A stretch of DNA of 64,000 bases, from contig OY762825.2 in assembly GCA_963666425.2 (NCBI GenBank), forward strand, positions 1,312,001 to 1,376,000, read 5' to 3'. Under the pieces are notes generated by a model. That model searched no databases. It had not been told where the DNA came from and saw only the letters and a program-made list of their open reading frames with translations. A program made the translations under genes and the position numbers. The DNA comes from Bacillota bacterium. GTDB taxonomy: Bacteria > Bacillota > JAAYKD01. Below, piece by piece: positions 38,194 to 48,486 of the stretch (positions are counted from its first letter, which is position 1; every line of letters starts with the position of its first letter).

Positions 38194-39207
38194 ATGACAA
38201 CAGTACAAAATTGTATCCCGACTCACTATCAGAGCAAATTGTCCCTTCTGGAAACCCAGATTTCCATTAAAAAGATCAAAGATTATTTCGAAGCGCAGCT
38301 GGCGTCCAATCTTTCTCTCATTCGAGTTTCGGCTCCTTTGATGGTTCAGCCCAGCTCAGGGCTGAACGATGATTTAAACGGCTGCGAACGTCCCGTCAGT
38401 TTCGATCTGCAAAACCGGGTGGACCAGGTTGAAATTGTACAATCTTTGGCCAAATGGAAGCGGTATGCTTTACATCAATATGGGTTTGATCCCTATACCG
38501 GGCTTTACACCGATATGAACGCCATTCGCCGCGACGAACAAACCGATAATATCCATTCAATCTATGTCGATCAATGGGATTGGGAAACGATTATCGCGAA
38601 AGCAGATCGCACGCTGCCGACATTGGAAACGGCTGTCCGCCGTATTTACGACGCATTTTTGGTTACTGAAACTTACTTGGAACAACTTTACCCTTTTATA
38701 CACAACCCCTTGCCTGACGAATTAACTTTTCTGACCACAGAGGAATTATTACAGCGTTACCCCAATCGCTGCGCAAAAGAACGGGAGTTGGCAGCGGTAC
38801 GTGAATTTGGCGCAGTTTTTCTGGAGCGGATTGGCGGCCGTTTATCTGACGACAGCAGGCATGACCAACGGGCGGCAGATTATGATGATTGGAATCTGAA
38901 TGGTGATCTGCTTTTCTATTTCCGTACCCTGGATATCGCCATGGAGATGTCTTCCATGGGAATCCGGGTGGATGCAGCTGCTTTACGTGCTCAGCTCAAT
39001 GCGCTGGGACAGCAAGCCAAGCTGCAGCTGCCGTTCCATCGTGATGTATTGGCAGAAAAATTGCCTTTCACCATGGGTGGAGGAATCGGCCAATCGAGAA
39101 TGTGCATGTTTTTTCTGCAGAAAGCACACATTGGCGAGGTACAAGCCTCGGTCTGGCCGGCAGAAACCTTAGCTCTCTGCCGTCAGGCAGGCGTAAGTTT
39201 ACTCTAG
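38194..39207 (+). CDS. asnA: Aspartate-ammonia ligase
   Basis: SLAKWKR, HSIYVDQWDWE, GGGIGQSR, HIGEVQ. Confidence 0.96.
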   Translation: MTTVQNCIPTHYQSKLSLLETQISIKKIKDYFEAQLASNLSLIRVSAPLMVQPSSGLNDDLNGCERPVSFDLQNRVDQVEIVQSLAKWKRYALHQYGFDPYTGLYTDMNAIRRDEQTDNIHSIYVDQWDWETIIAKADRTLPTLETAVRRIYDAFLVTETYLEQLYPFIHNPLPDELTFLTTEELLQRYPNRCAKERELAAVREFGAVFLERIGGRLSDDSRHDQRAADYDDWNLNGDLLFYFRTLDIAMEMSSMGIRVDAAALRAQLNALGQQAKLQLPFHRDVLAEKLPFTMGGGIGQSRMCMFFLQKAHIGEVQASVWPAETLALCRQAGVSLL

Positions 39208-39214
39208 CAGTTAA

Positions 39215-39252
39215 TAAAAACAGCGGGTTCTCAAGAGAACCCGCTGTTTTTC
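39215..39252. terminator. Bidirectional terminator
   Basis: AAAAACAGCGGGTTCTC-AA-GAGAACCCGCTGTTTTT. Confidence 0.9.
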
Positions 39253-39306
39253 ATTTCTAAATCAAATGATCAGAGTATCATTTCCGTTCCCTGATGGACT
39301 GCTCAT

Positions 39307-39537
39307 TTATTCTTCTTTTTGTGAAATACTCGTTTCAATATAATGCTGCAGAAATGCCGCTACCATGCAAATGGTAATTGCCGTGTTCATCAGCACCATT
39401 AAAGCAGAAATTGTGGTTGGACTGCGCATACTGAAGAACAATACCGCCGCCATTTCAATCAAAAGCAAGAATGCAGCGATACTGCAGCTGATCAGTGAAA
39501 TTTTCTCTAAATTGATATTGATATAATATTTTTTCAC
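39307..39537 (-). CDS. Small two-TM membrane protein
   Basis: GTG start after GAGGGAG; TTGTAA-N17-TATACT upstream; two hydrophobic segments. Confidence 0.55.
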   Translation of the reverse strand: MKKYYININLEKISLISCSIAAFLLLIEMAAVLFFSMRSPTTISALMVLMNTAITICMVAAFLQHYIETSISQKEE

Positions 39538-39648
39538 GCTACTCCCTCGGTTCAAAAACAGATAGATACACTGTATAAAGTATACCATTCTTTCCTTCTG
39601 GTTACAATTACAATTCTATGACATTCACGGAAAGCATTGATGACCGTC

Positions 39649-40119
39649 TTATTTCGTCTTCATTGCCTGCTGCCATAATTCTGACAAAGCGGTCACATTG
39701 GGTGAAACCAGCAAGGCGAGATACTTTCCCTGCTGTTTAATTTCCGCCTTTTCAATCACCGCGTATTGAGCCGGTAAATAGTCTTTCGCTTCGTTGGCTT
39801 TGTTTTTCAGACGCGCCTGCAGCTTTTCCTTCAGAGCATCTGCTTTCGCTTCATCCTCCGCTTCAAGCAAAAGAATTTCGTCGGCAGTGATCCCGTCGTT
39901 CTTCATCACACCGCTGAATTTCACAACATCCGCTTCGGCAATCCCATACAGATTTTTTAAATGCTTACTGCTCATGGTCATCATTTCTTTCCACTGCACT
40001 TTAGCGGCCATATCATCGAGCAGCTGTTCCACATCCACGTCAAGTGTCTTTTGTCCGCCGCAGGCGGCCAAACCGAAGACCAGGCAAAGCAATAAGAGTG
40101 CATAAATGAGTTTTTTCAT
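39649..40119 (-). CDS. DUF4358-like lipoprotein
   Basis: LAAC lipobox, ADEILLLEA, DYLP.Q, GKYLAL.VS. Confidence 0.75.
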   Translation of the reverse strand: MKKLIYALLLLCLVFGLAACGGQKTLDVDVEQLLDDMAAKVQWKEMMTMSSKHLKNLYGIAEADVVKFSGVMKNDGITADEILLLEAEDEAKADALKEKLQARLKNKANEAKDYLPAQYAVIEKAEIKQQGKYLALLVSPNVTALSELWQQAMKTK

Positions 40120-40131
40120 TGGCCGACCTCC

Positions 40132-40983
40132 TTATGATACGGTATGACTGCGCAAATAAGTAATCCATTCATCACAAGCGATATCCGTCAGATGGATCCC
40201 CTGGCCCTCGGGATCGCTGCAGTATTGGAAAGGCAAACAACCGTCTTGTGTCTGCATCACCGATGCGACGTCGACAAAATAATCACCGCGTTTGACGGCC
40301 ATCTCATACAATGCTTCGTTATAAGCCGCTAAGGCAGGATTATTCAGATCCTGCAGCTGCGCCGAACGCAGCATCGGCAGGGCGGATTGAATGTAAAATT
40401 TAACATCCGGTGATTTTGCTTTGATACGATCGAGTAAAGTACTATAATTGACAATCGCAGCTTCCACCCCATATAAACCCACATCGTTGGTACCCAGCAT
40501 CAAATAGACTTTTTTGGCTCCGCAGAGCGCGATGGAATCTTCTAAAAGCATTTTTTGGCCTTCGTAAACCGGATGGACAGATTCTTCTGAAACAGCCCAT
40601 AAAGCGTTGCCGCTGCCTAAACTGCCGGCCGTGAGAAATTGAATCCCGCCGAGATAAGCCGGCTCTACATTCCAGCGCTCCAGCAAATAATAGTAAAGTT
40701 TCAAGGTGACCGAATCGCCGATCATCACCACATCATCAAAGTAATGGTCTCCTACCGCCTTTGTCCCCGCTAAGCCTTTGGCTTCGACCGGCACTACTTC
40801 CTCCGCATTGGGATCATCTGATACAATAGGCGGTTTTGGATCCTGTTTCGGTGGGTCAGCAGGCTTGACTGGGTCCGTTATCACGGGGTCCGGATCTTTT
40901 ACCGGCGTTTTTTTATCACAGCCAACCACGAAAGCCAAACAAAGAATGAGCAAGAAAATTAGCCAGATGTTTTTTCTCTTCAT
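40132..40983 (-). CDS. SGNH/GDSL hydrolase lipoprotein with Pro-rich linker
   Basis: VVGC lipobox, GDS, LGTND, GIH. Confidence 0.85.
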   Translation of the reverse strand: MKRKNIWLIFLLILCLAFVVGCDKKTPVKDPDPVITDPVKPADPPKQDPKPPIVSDDPNAEEVVPVEAKGLAGTKAVGDHYFDDVVMIGDSVTLKLYYYLLERWNVEPAYLGGIQFLTAGSLGSGNALWAVSEESVHPVYEGQKMLLEDSIALCGAKKVYLMLGTNDVGLYGVEAAIVNYSTLLDRIKAKSPDVKFYIQSALPMLRSAQLQDLNNPALAAYNEALYEMAVKRGDYFVDVASVMQTQDGCLPFQYCSDPEGQGIHLTDIACDEWITYLRSHTVS

Positions 40984-41024
40984 TTTTCTTTCTCCTATCG
41001 CTGGTAAAATCTTTTGTTGTTTGT

Positions 41025-41588
41025 TTATAAACCCAACTCATCGGAAGCACCCTGCATAGCAGCCAAGCCGATTGCCAGGAATTCCTCCAAGCTCAAACCC
41101 AGTTCACTGCAATGACGGATCGTTTCACGATTGGCTCCTTTAGCAAACGATTTTTCCGCAAAACGCTTCATCATGAAGGGAACATCCAGCGGCGCCAGTG
41201 TCTTGGAGGGATGAATCAAAGCACCCGCCACGATCAAGCCGGATAAGGGGTCCGCCGCGTATAAAGCTTGATCCAGCCGGCTGATCCGGGGCAAGCCATG
41301 CACTTCGTTATGTACTTTCACTGCGTAAACCACTTCGGCAGGCAGGCCTTTCGCTGTCAGCATCTCAGCACCCAACAGACTATGCCGATTGGGATCCTTG
41401 GCTGTTTCAGCATAATCAATATCATGCAGGATGCCGGTTAATCCCCAGAGCGCTTCGTCTTCGCCAAAATGCTGCGCTAAGCCGATTAAGATTTTTTCCA
41501 CCGCCACACAGTGATTGACTAAATTTTTGTTGGTTAAATTTTCTCGCAAATAACAAAGTGCTTCTTCTCTGCTCATCAAATCTGCCAT
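41025..41588 (-). CDS. HDIG-domain phosphohydrolase
   Basis: NH...LHDIDY, AADPLSG, KSFAKG; start MADLMS. Confidence 0.85.
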   Translation of the reverse strand: MADLMSREEALCYLRENLTNKNLVNHCVAVEKILIGLAQHFGEDEALWGLTGILHDIDYAETAKDPNRHSLLGAEMLTAKGLPAEVVYAVKVHNEVHGLPRISRLDQALYAADPLSGLIVAGALIHPSKTLAPLDVPFMMKRFAEKSFAKGANRETIRHCSELGLSLEEFLAIGLAAMQGASDELGL

Positions 41589-41691
41589 CAGAATGACCCC
41601 TTTCAAAATTGAGTTTGATTTCTCCGGATATATCAAAGAAGGAGACGCTGCCGCCTCCTTCTTCCAGGCATCGCTGCCTCTCAACTTAGGT

Positions 41692-41919
41692 TTAGGTTCG
41701 CCAAACAGCCAACACCAACGATGTAATTCCAACTAAGAATCCCAATGCAATGGTGCAGCGTGTTAAAATTACGTCAAAACCTCTTTGTTTGTTTAAAAAC
41801 TGCGCTGCTTGTCCGCCGAACGCTTCGGAAATGCCTTCGCCTTTCGGAGCCTGCAATAAAATGGCTACGATCAAACCGACGCATAAGACAAGATGCACAA
41901 TCATCATAAAAGTCTGCAT
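41692..41919 (-). CDS. secG: Preprotein translocase subunit SecG
   Basis: 75 aa, two TM segments, ILLQ..KG.G.S.AFGG...G.D..L.R.T. Confidence 0.9.
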   Translation of the reverse strand: MQTFMMIVHLVLCVGLIVAILLQAPKGEGISEAFGGQAAQFLNKQRGFDVILTRCTIALGFLVGITSLVLAVWRT

Positions 41920-42036
41920 AACAATACCCGACCCCCTTCTCTGTTCAGTTCGTATAAAATGGATTATAACATGCTCTCAATCTACATTCAAGTGTTAAGC
42001 GCAATCTTTTCGAAAAAATCCGCATCTTTCCCTGCT

Positions 42037-43077
42037 TCAATCACCGCTTTTTTGCATGGCAAAGGGTGTAAAGACAAAGGTACGCTGCATCCAATAGCTG
42101 AAGACCCAGAGGATCGCTTCCACCAAAATTTTACCGACGCTGAGTGGTATACTCCATTGTATCGTAAAAAAGCGTAAGAGCAGGTAATTTGCTGTCAGCA
42201 GAACAATCGCCAGACCGATATAACGCAGCAAAGACGAGCGTGTCGTTGTTCGGTTCTGAAAAACGAACTTACGATTCAACCAATAATTCAAAGCACCGGT
42301 ACAGATGCGCGCCAGGATGACCGACAGCAGCAATTCTCCGGTCCAGGCATGAATCGCCAAAAGCAAGATATAGTCCATTATAGCAGAAAACAGGGAAGCG
42401 GAACTAAACTTGATGATGGGAAGGTAGACACGGATGGAATCCGTAAAGGTATGAAAATGTGAACTATGGTTTTTCTTTTCGTACACTGTTTCAATCTCCA
42501 ATTGATAGAATGGGATATTCTTGGCCGGTGCTTCCAGCAGCATATTCATCTCATATTCAAAACGATCCCCTTTGACGCTCAGCAGCCAAGGCAGCAAGTG
42601 ATCGGCAAAAGCACGCAGCCCGGTTTGCGTATCCTGCAAATAAACACCGCTGGCGGAAGCAAAGACCAGGCGGGTTACTGTATTGCCAAATCGGCTGCGT
42701 AAAGGTACATGCCCCTTAAATTTGCGGACACCTAAAACCAAACAGCTTTGATGAGCGTCCACCGTATCCAGACATAAGAAAATATCTTTGGCTAAATGCT
42801 GCCCGTCTGAATCGGCGCATACCACAGCTGTATATTCAGGATGTGCCAGCAGCCAGGTGAATCCGGTTTTTAAAGCGGCTCCTTTGCCACAATTGCACGC
42901 GTGATGGAGAATGATACTCCCCATCGCTTCTGCCTGATGGAATAAGTCAGCAAAATCAGGTCCGCTGCCGTCATCGACAATCAGAATATTACATTCCGGA
43001 CGCATTTGTTGTAATTCACAAATCAATCTCAGCAAATGGTGATTTGGTTCATAAGACGGAATCAAAACAACTTCCAT
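42037..43077 (-). CDS. Bifunctional GT2 glycosyltransferase / GtrA protein
   Basis: LIPSYEP, VDDGS, DSDGQH, DTQTGLR, and a C-terminal 4-TM GtrA region. Confidence 0.9.
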   Translation of the reverse strand: MEVVLIPSYEPNHHLLRLICELQQMRPECNILIVDDGSGPDFADLFHQAEAMGSIILHHACNCGKGAALKTGFTWLLAHPEYTAVVCADSDGQHLAKDIFLCLDTVDAHQSCLVLGVRKFKGHVPLRSRFGNTVTRLVFASASGVYLQDTQTGLRAFADHLLPWLLSVKGDRFEYEMNMLLEAPAKNIPFYQLEIETVYEKKNHSSHFHTFTDSIRVYLPIIKFSSASLFSAIMDYILLLAIHAWTGELLLSVILARICTGALNYWLNRKFVFQNRTTTRSSLLRYIGLAIVLLTANYLLLRFFTIQWSIPLSVGKILVEAILWVFSYWMQRTFVFTPFAMQKSGD

Positions 43078-43308
43078 CCCATTGACCTCCTTTCCGGAAA
43101 AGCAGTAATTTATTATAACCTGCAAAAAGCAAGCCGTCAAGAATAATGCAGTGAATCGCGCCTTCTACCGGTTAATGTTGGAAATTGTTCATAGGTTTTT
43201 CACTGGAAAACGCAGTGACAGAGAACTTGACACCGCTGCTGTTTCGCTATATGATAAATATACTGTAAGGTGATTACCCTGCAAACTCAAATCATGGGAG
43301 GTTTCTCC

Positions 43309-43872
43309 ATGTCCAAATCCGTTAAAACGTTAACTGAAAGCGCCATGATGCTGTCGCTGGCCCTGCTGCTTTCCTTCTTTGCTGTCTTCCACCTGCCCAA
43401 CGGCGGTGCTGTGACGATTGGCAGTATGATCCCTTTGCTCTTTGTCGCCTTGAAATATAATTGGCGCTGGAGCCTGGTTACTGCCTTTGCTTTTTCCCTG
43501 CTGCAAATGATGGTAGGATTTTACGCTCCTCCCACTCAGGATTTGCTTTCCTTTTTCTTGGTTGTCCTGCTGGATTATGTCCTGGCTTTCAGTGTGCTGG
43601 GTTTTGCCGGCATTCTCTACCAAAAACTCGCTAAGACAATGAAAGAAAACCAACGGCTCGTCCTCGTGATGCTCGTCTGCTTCTTTTTGCGTTTCCTCTG
43701 CCATTTTCTTTCCGGCATTTTGATCTGGAATGCTTATGCGCCGGCAGGCCAACCGGTTTGGCTCTACTCGCTGCTTTACAATGGCTCCTATATGAGCGCG
43801 GAGGCGGTCATTTCTGGCATTTTCCTTTGGCTGGCCGGGCCTCGTTTGCTGGAACGCTTCAAAGCGATTTAA
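43309..43872 (+). CDS. thiT: ECF S component, ThiT family
   Basis: LPNGG.VT, LDY.LAF, RFLCHFLSG, YSLLYNGSY. Confidence 0.85.
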   Translation: MSKSVKTLTESAMMLSLALLLSFFAVFHLPNGGAVTIGSMIPLLFVALKYNWRWSLVTAFAFSLLQMMVGFYAPPTQDLLSFFLVVLLDYVLAFSVLGFAGILYQKLAKTMKENQRLVLVMLVCFFLRFLCHFLSGILIWNAYAPAGQPVWLYSLLYNGSYMSAEAVISGIFLWLAGPRLLERFKAI

Positions 43873-43993
43873 TCATCTGCTTCTTTTGTACTGACCAACA
43901 GATGCAAGCTCAACAAAAAAACTCCGCTGCCTCTCTCTGCTTTCTAGGCAAAGAGAGGAGCGGAGTTTATTAATGATTGCGTTGCTTTGTGAT

Positions 43994-45235
43994 CTAGAGG
44001 ACACTCTTGCTGACGCCGCTGATTCCGCCTAAGGCCAAGGCCAGCGTATAAATCACCTGTACCCCTTTATAGACATCGGTAGGGTCAAACCATTCGTCGA
44101 CGGTATGTACACCGCCTTCTTTACCGCCGCGGCCCAGACAAACGCCGGGAATTCCCAACGCGACCGGATTGCTGGCATTGGTCGAACCGCCTTGGGCAAA
44201 CTGCGGTTCAAAGCCAAAGTGTTGAATCACCGCGTAGGCAGACTGGACAATTGGAGCCTGTTTGTCCTGCGTCGCCGCGGGAATGTTGACATAATCGACA
44301 AAATCATAGGTAATGGTATCCTTACCCCAGCGAGCGGTTTCTTCCTGACAGGCTTCCTTGATAGCGTTTTTAATTTTCGCTTCCAGCTCTTCCAATTCTT
44401 TTTGACCATTGGAGCGGAAGTTGATTTTTATCGTGCATTCTTTGACAATGGCATGAATGCCGGCGTCGTTGCCGGCGTGGAAATTAGAGACAGCATAGGT
44501 CGTGCGGGGATTGGTTGGAACTGCAATCTCTGCAATTTTAGCAACCGCGCGCGCAGCGGCATGCAGCGGATTGGCTACCAAGCCAAAAGCGCCCATGGCA
44601 TGACCGCCAATGCCGTGAAAATTAACCGCCAAGGTGCGAATACCGGTGGCTTCATAGACAATCCCGCTATTACCGGCGCCGTCAATACTGATACAGCCGC
44701 CCACCTCCGGATGATCTTGTAAAAATTTCTTTAAACCACCTAAACCGCCCATGCCTTCTTCTTCGACCGTGCCCATAAAAACGAAGTCGCTCTCGGTTTC
44801 GATGCCTGCCGCGTTGAAGCCGCGCAGCGCAGCCAGAACATCAATACAGCCGCGGGTGTCATCACAAATACCGGGGCAATAGATTCTGCCGTCTTTATAA
44901 ACAATTTTTTTAGCGGTATTGACAGGGAATACCGTATCCAGATGACCTTCTACCACAATCAGCGGCCCGCTGCCTTTACCGCGCCGATAACCGAAGGCAT
45001 TGCCGTGCGCATCGATCTGTACATCGGTCAGGCCTTCCGCTTGCAGCAATTTGGCAAAATGGGCGGCACGCGTCGCTTCCTGAAAAGTAGGTGCTTCAAT
45101 CAAAACAAGTTCCAGCTGTTGCTCCAACGTATGCTGATCATCCGCTTTGATGAACGCCAAACCTTGCTGCACTTTTTCCTGCTGCAGCAAATTCTGTAAT
45201 TGGCTGGCGATCCGTTCTTCCACTCTGTAATCCAT
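43994..45235 (-). CDS. M20/M25/M40 metallopeptidase, paralog B
   Basis: EGHLDTV, GICDD, EEEG, GSTN, HTVDE. Confidence 0.88.
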   Translation of the reverse strand: MDYRVEERIASQLQNLLQQEKVQQGLAFIKADDQHTLEQQLELVLIEAPTFQEATRAAHFAKLLQAEGLTDVQIDAHGNAFGYRRGKGSGPLIVVEGHLDTVFPVNTAKKIVYKDGRIYCPGICDDTRGCIDVLAALRGFNAAGIETESDFVFMGTVEEEGMGGLGGLKKFLQDHPEVGGCISIDGAGNSGIVYEATGIRTLAVNFHGIGGHAMGAFGLVANPLHAAARAVAKIAEIAVPTNPRTTYAVSNFHAGNDAGIHAIVKECTIKINFRSNGQKELEELEAKIKNAIKEACQEETARWGKDTITYDFVDYVNIPAATQDKQAPIVQSAYAVIQHFGFEPQFAQGGSTNASNPVALGIPGVCLGRGGKEGGVHTVDEWFDPTDVYKGVQVIYTLALALGGISGVSKSVL

Positions 45236-45435
45236 CTGAAAACCCTCCTTCAAAATAATCTTCTTAGACCAAGTGATTCTATTATATCATGCCGCACTGC
45301 ACAAAGAAACAGCCCCGTCAGGATCCCATATAAATTCCAAGCAGGCACAGGCAGCCCATCCATTCTTTGGATTGCTGCCGGAGCCTGCTTGATTTCGTTG
45401 ATGGTAAACGCTGCACCTTGGCAGGGGTTTTTAGT

Positions 45436-46761
45436 TTAGGAAAGTTTACCCCAATCCTTTAGATATTGCGCTTTGGTCATGGCCGGCTGAAACTCAAGCT
45501 TGATTCTCAGTCCTTCTTCGGCACCATCCGCCAAAAGGTCGATCACCGTCATGATCAGAGCTTTAGCTGCGCCGAGATAGGCCAGATCCTTGTCCAGAAT
45601 TTCATAATTGGAGCTATGCGGTGTCCCGGCGGAGCCGCCGATATTGGCTTGGATGGTGGGAATCAGATGAGAAACGTCGCCGGCATCGGTCGAACCGGCG
45701 CCGCCTGCCATTTCTTTGATTACTTTCTCCTCACCGAACAAGGTCACTAAATTGGCTGTCATCAAACGCTGTAAATTCTTGTTGACGATGGTTGGCAGAT
45801 AACCGGGTAATTCCGTAATGTTAGTCTGCACGTCGACGGCATAACCACCGGCACGGAAGGCGCGATTGACTTTTTCGCTGGCATTCAGGATTGCCTCCAC
45901 GGTCGTGCCGCGGACATAGGTTTCCACCCGCACATCAGCAGGTACGACATTGACCAAATCGCCGCCTTTGGTGATGATGGGATGAACCCGGATGTGATCT
46001 TCGTCTTTAAAAGTTTCACGTTGGGCATTGACCGCCATTAAGCCGATGTTGGCTGCGTTCAAAGCATTCTTGCCATCGTGCGGGGCTCCGCCGGCATGTG
46101 CTTCTTTACCGACATATTCGATCAGCTTGCCGACAAACCCGTTGCTGCCACCGCCGGGACCCGCTTTGACGGGGCTGGGGGTTTCTCCCTCGGTTGGGAA
46201 ATTATGCTGCATCACCATCAGGTCGATGTCGTCCATCGCACCCAATTGGATAAACTCCTGTTTTCCGCCGAGCAGACTGATTTTTCCTTCTTTGCGCAAT
46301 TGGTTGCGGTAGCCGATTTCCACATATTCCTCGGCGGGAACCGCCATCAGGACGACATCGCCGGAGAGTTCCTCCATGATACCGGTATCCTTTAAGGCGT
46401 AGGCGACACCCACGAGACCGGCGATCATGCAATTATGACCGCAGGAATGGGCTGCTCCGGTTTTGGGATCGGCACAGCGATGTTCGGGAGCCACCACTGC
46501 GTCCATTTCACCCATTACGGCTACTTTAATTTTGCTTTCTTTGCCTTTCCGCGGTGCAATGATCCCGGTGAGGGCAACGCCATCGGTATAGTCATAACCC
46601 AATTCATCAAAGATTTTCTTGATTTTCGCTGCGGTTTTCACTTCTTTATAGCCCAATTCCGGTTCGGCGAAAATAGAATCGCCCAGCTCAATCAGCTCTT
46701 GACGTTTGGCATCGATGGCTGCGCAGGCAGCCTTCTTTAATTCTTCTTTGCTCCTTGCCAT
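45436..46761 (-). CDS. M20 amidohydrolase (AbgB/ACY1L2-like)
   Basis: PELGYKE, GEMDA, HSCGHN, PAEE, GSTDAGD. Confidence 0.88.
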   Translation of the reverse strand: MARSKEELKKAACAAIDAKRQELIELGDSIFAEPELGYKEVKTAAKIKKIFDELGYDYTDGVALTGIIAPRKGKESKIKVAVMGEMDAVVAPEHRCADPKTGAAHSCGHNCMIAGLVGVAYALKDTGIMEELSGDVVLMAVPAEEYVEIGYRNQLRKEGKISLLGGKQEFIQLGAMDDIDLMVMQHNFPTEGETPSPVKAGPGGGSNGFVGKLIEYVGKEAHAGGAPHDGKNALNAANIGLMAVNAQRETFKDEDHIRVHPIITKGGDLVNVVPADVRVETYVRGTTVEAILNASEKVNRAFRAGGYAVDVQTNITELPGYLPTIVNKNLQRLMTANLVTLFGEEKVIKEMAGGAGSTDAGDVSHLIPTIQANIGGSAGTPHSSNYEILDKDLAYLGAAKALIMTVIDLLADGAEEGLRIKLEFQPAMTKAQYLKDWGKLS

Positions 46762-46773
46762 TTTGTCCGCTCC

Positions 46774-48015
46774 TTATAATATGGTTTTGCTGACGCCGCT
46801 GATGCCGCCCAGCATTAAGGCTAAGAGTAATACAACCTGCACCCCTTTATAGGCATCGGTCGGATCAAACCATTCGTCTACCGTATGCACGCCGCCGGAA
46901 GTACCGCCGCCGCCAATACAGACGCCGGGAATTCCCATGGCAATCGGATTGCTGGCATTGGTGGAACCGCCCTGCGCGAATTCCGGTTCAAAACCAAGGC
47001 TTTGAATCACGCTGTAAAGAGTCTGCACAATCGGTGCCTTCTGGTCCTGCGTGCCGGCGGGTACGTTGACATAATCAACATAATCGTAAGTAATCGTATC
47101 TTTGCCCCAGCGCGCTGTCTCTTCTTTGCAGGCTTCTTCGATAGCATTTTTAATCTTGGCTTCCAATTCGTTGAGTTCCTTCTGACCATTGGAACGGAAA
47201 TTGATCTTAATGGTGCACTCCTTGACAATCGCGTGGATCCCGGCATCGTTGCCGCCATGGAAATTCGTGACAGCGAAGATGGTTTTTGGATTGGTCGGTA
47301 CCTGCAGATCGGCGATCTTTGCCACGGCACGGGCTGCTGCGTGCAAAGGATTGGCAACCAGACCGAAGGCGCCCATGGCGTGTCCGCCGATGCCATGGAA
47401 ATTAACTGCCATAGTTCGGATCCCGGTGGCTTCATAAACAATGCCATTAGCGCCGGAACCGTCGATACAGATGCAGCCGCCGATTTCTTTGTGATCATTG
47501 AGGAATTTCCTCAAACCCCCCAACGCGCCCATGCCTTCCTCTTCGACCGTGCCCATAAAGATAAAGTCGCTGTCTGTTTCAATTTTCGCCGCATTCATCG
47601 CCCGCAACGCACTTAAGACAGCGGTAATACCACGGGTGTCGTCACAAATACCGGGGCAATAGATCTTACCGTCTTTTTCAATGATCGCTTTGGCAGTATT
47701 CATGGGAAAAACGGTATCCATATGGCCTTCTACCACAATGATCGGTCCAACACCCTTTCCGCGGCGATAACCAAAGGCATTGCCATGGGAATCAATCTGC
47801 ACTTCGGTCAAGCCTTCTGCTTTCAGCAGCTCGGCGAAATAGCTCGCGCGGGTTGCTTCCTGGAAAGTGGGAGCTTCCACCAAGGTCAGCTTTTTTTGTT
47901 CTTCCAGCATGTGCTGATCATCGGCTTCAATAAAAGCCAATCCTTTTTGCACGATCTCTTGTTGTTTTAAGGCAGTCAATTGAGCGGTAATACGGTCTTC
48001 TACCTTATAATCCAT
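46774..48015 (-). CDS. M20/M25/M40 metallopeptidase, paralog A
   Basis: Same motifs as, and collinear with, 43994-45235. Confidence 0.88.
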   Translation of the reverse strand: MDYKVEDRITAQLTALKQQEIVQKGLAFIEADDQHMLEEQKKLTLVEAPTFQEATRASYFAELLKAEGLTEVQIDSHGNAFGYRRGKGVGPIIVVEGHMDTVFPMNTAKAIIEKDGKIYCPGICDDTRGITAVLSALRAMNAAKIETDSDFIFMGTVEEEGMGALGGLRKFLNDHKEIGGCICIDGSGANGIVYEATGIRTMAVNFHGIGGHAMGAFGLVANPLHAAARAVAKIADLQVPTNPKTIFAVTNFHGGNDAGIHAIVKECTIKINFRSNGQKELNELEAKIKNAIEEACKEETARWGKDTITYDYVDYVNVPAGTQDQKAPIVQTLYSVIQSLGFEPEFAQGGSTNASNPIAMGIPGVCIGGGGTSGGVHTVDEWFDPTDAYKGVQVVLLLALMLGGISGVSKTIL

Positions 48016-48213
48016 AATAAAACCCTCCTTAAAATTTATTCGGGAATGGAAACAACTTCATTATAGCACATCCCATTTGACAAAGGAACGACCGCAGGTC
48101 AAAAAAATTCGTGATTCTTTAGAATTGCCTGTTTTCAATTTCTTCCGGCATGCACTGCCGGCTGAACCTGCTTGACAGCTCGCTTCAATCGCAAAAAATA
48201 TCTCTGTTTCTAT

Positions 48214-48242
48214 TTGACAAAATCATAAAAATAATATATAAT
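48214..48242 (+). promoter_or_regulatory. Perfect SigA promoter
   Basis: TTGACA-N17-TATAAT. Confidence 0.8.
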
Positions 48243-48486
48243 ACAACTGACTAATGGATTAAACTCCATCAGCTTACAAAATATCCTTCAATCCCCTAAA
48301 TTGTCGCTATTGTAAGAAATTATAATTTGAGAAAATATTACTGCTGAATTCAAAAACATTCGTCCCTGTAGTCCCGCGCCTCTATGGTCAGTGGAAAGCG
48401 CCAAAACGCAGCAAATTCCAGTTTCAAACGGCATCGGCAGACTTTTTTTAGAACAGAGCTTAACAAAGAAGAAGGAGGCAAGAGTG

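Noticed and set aside
40840-40905. PVKDPDPVITDPVKPADPPKQDPKPP repeats
   Set aside because: Ordinary lipoprotein linker
41692-41919. secG outside the eno-secG-rnr context
   Set aside because: Simple rearrangement with no further signal
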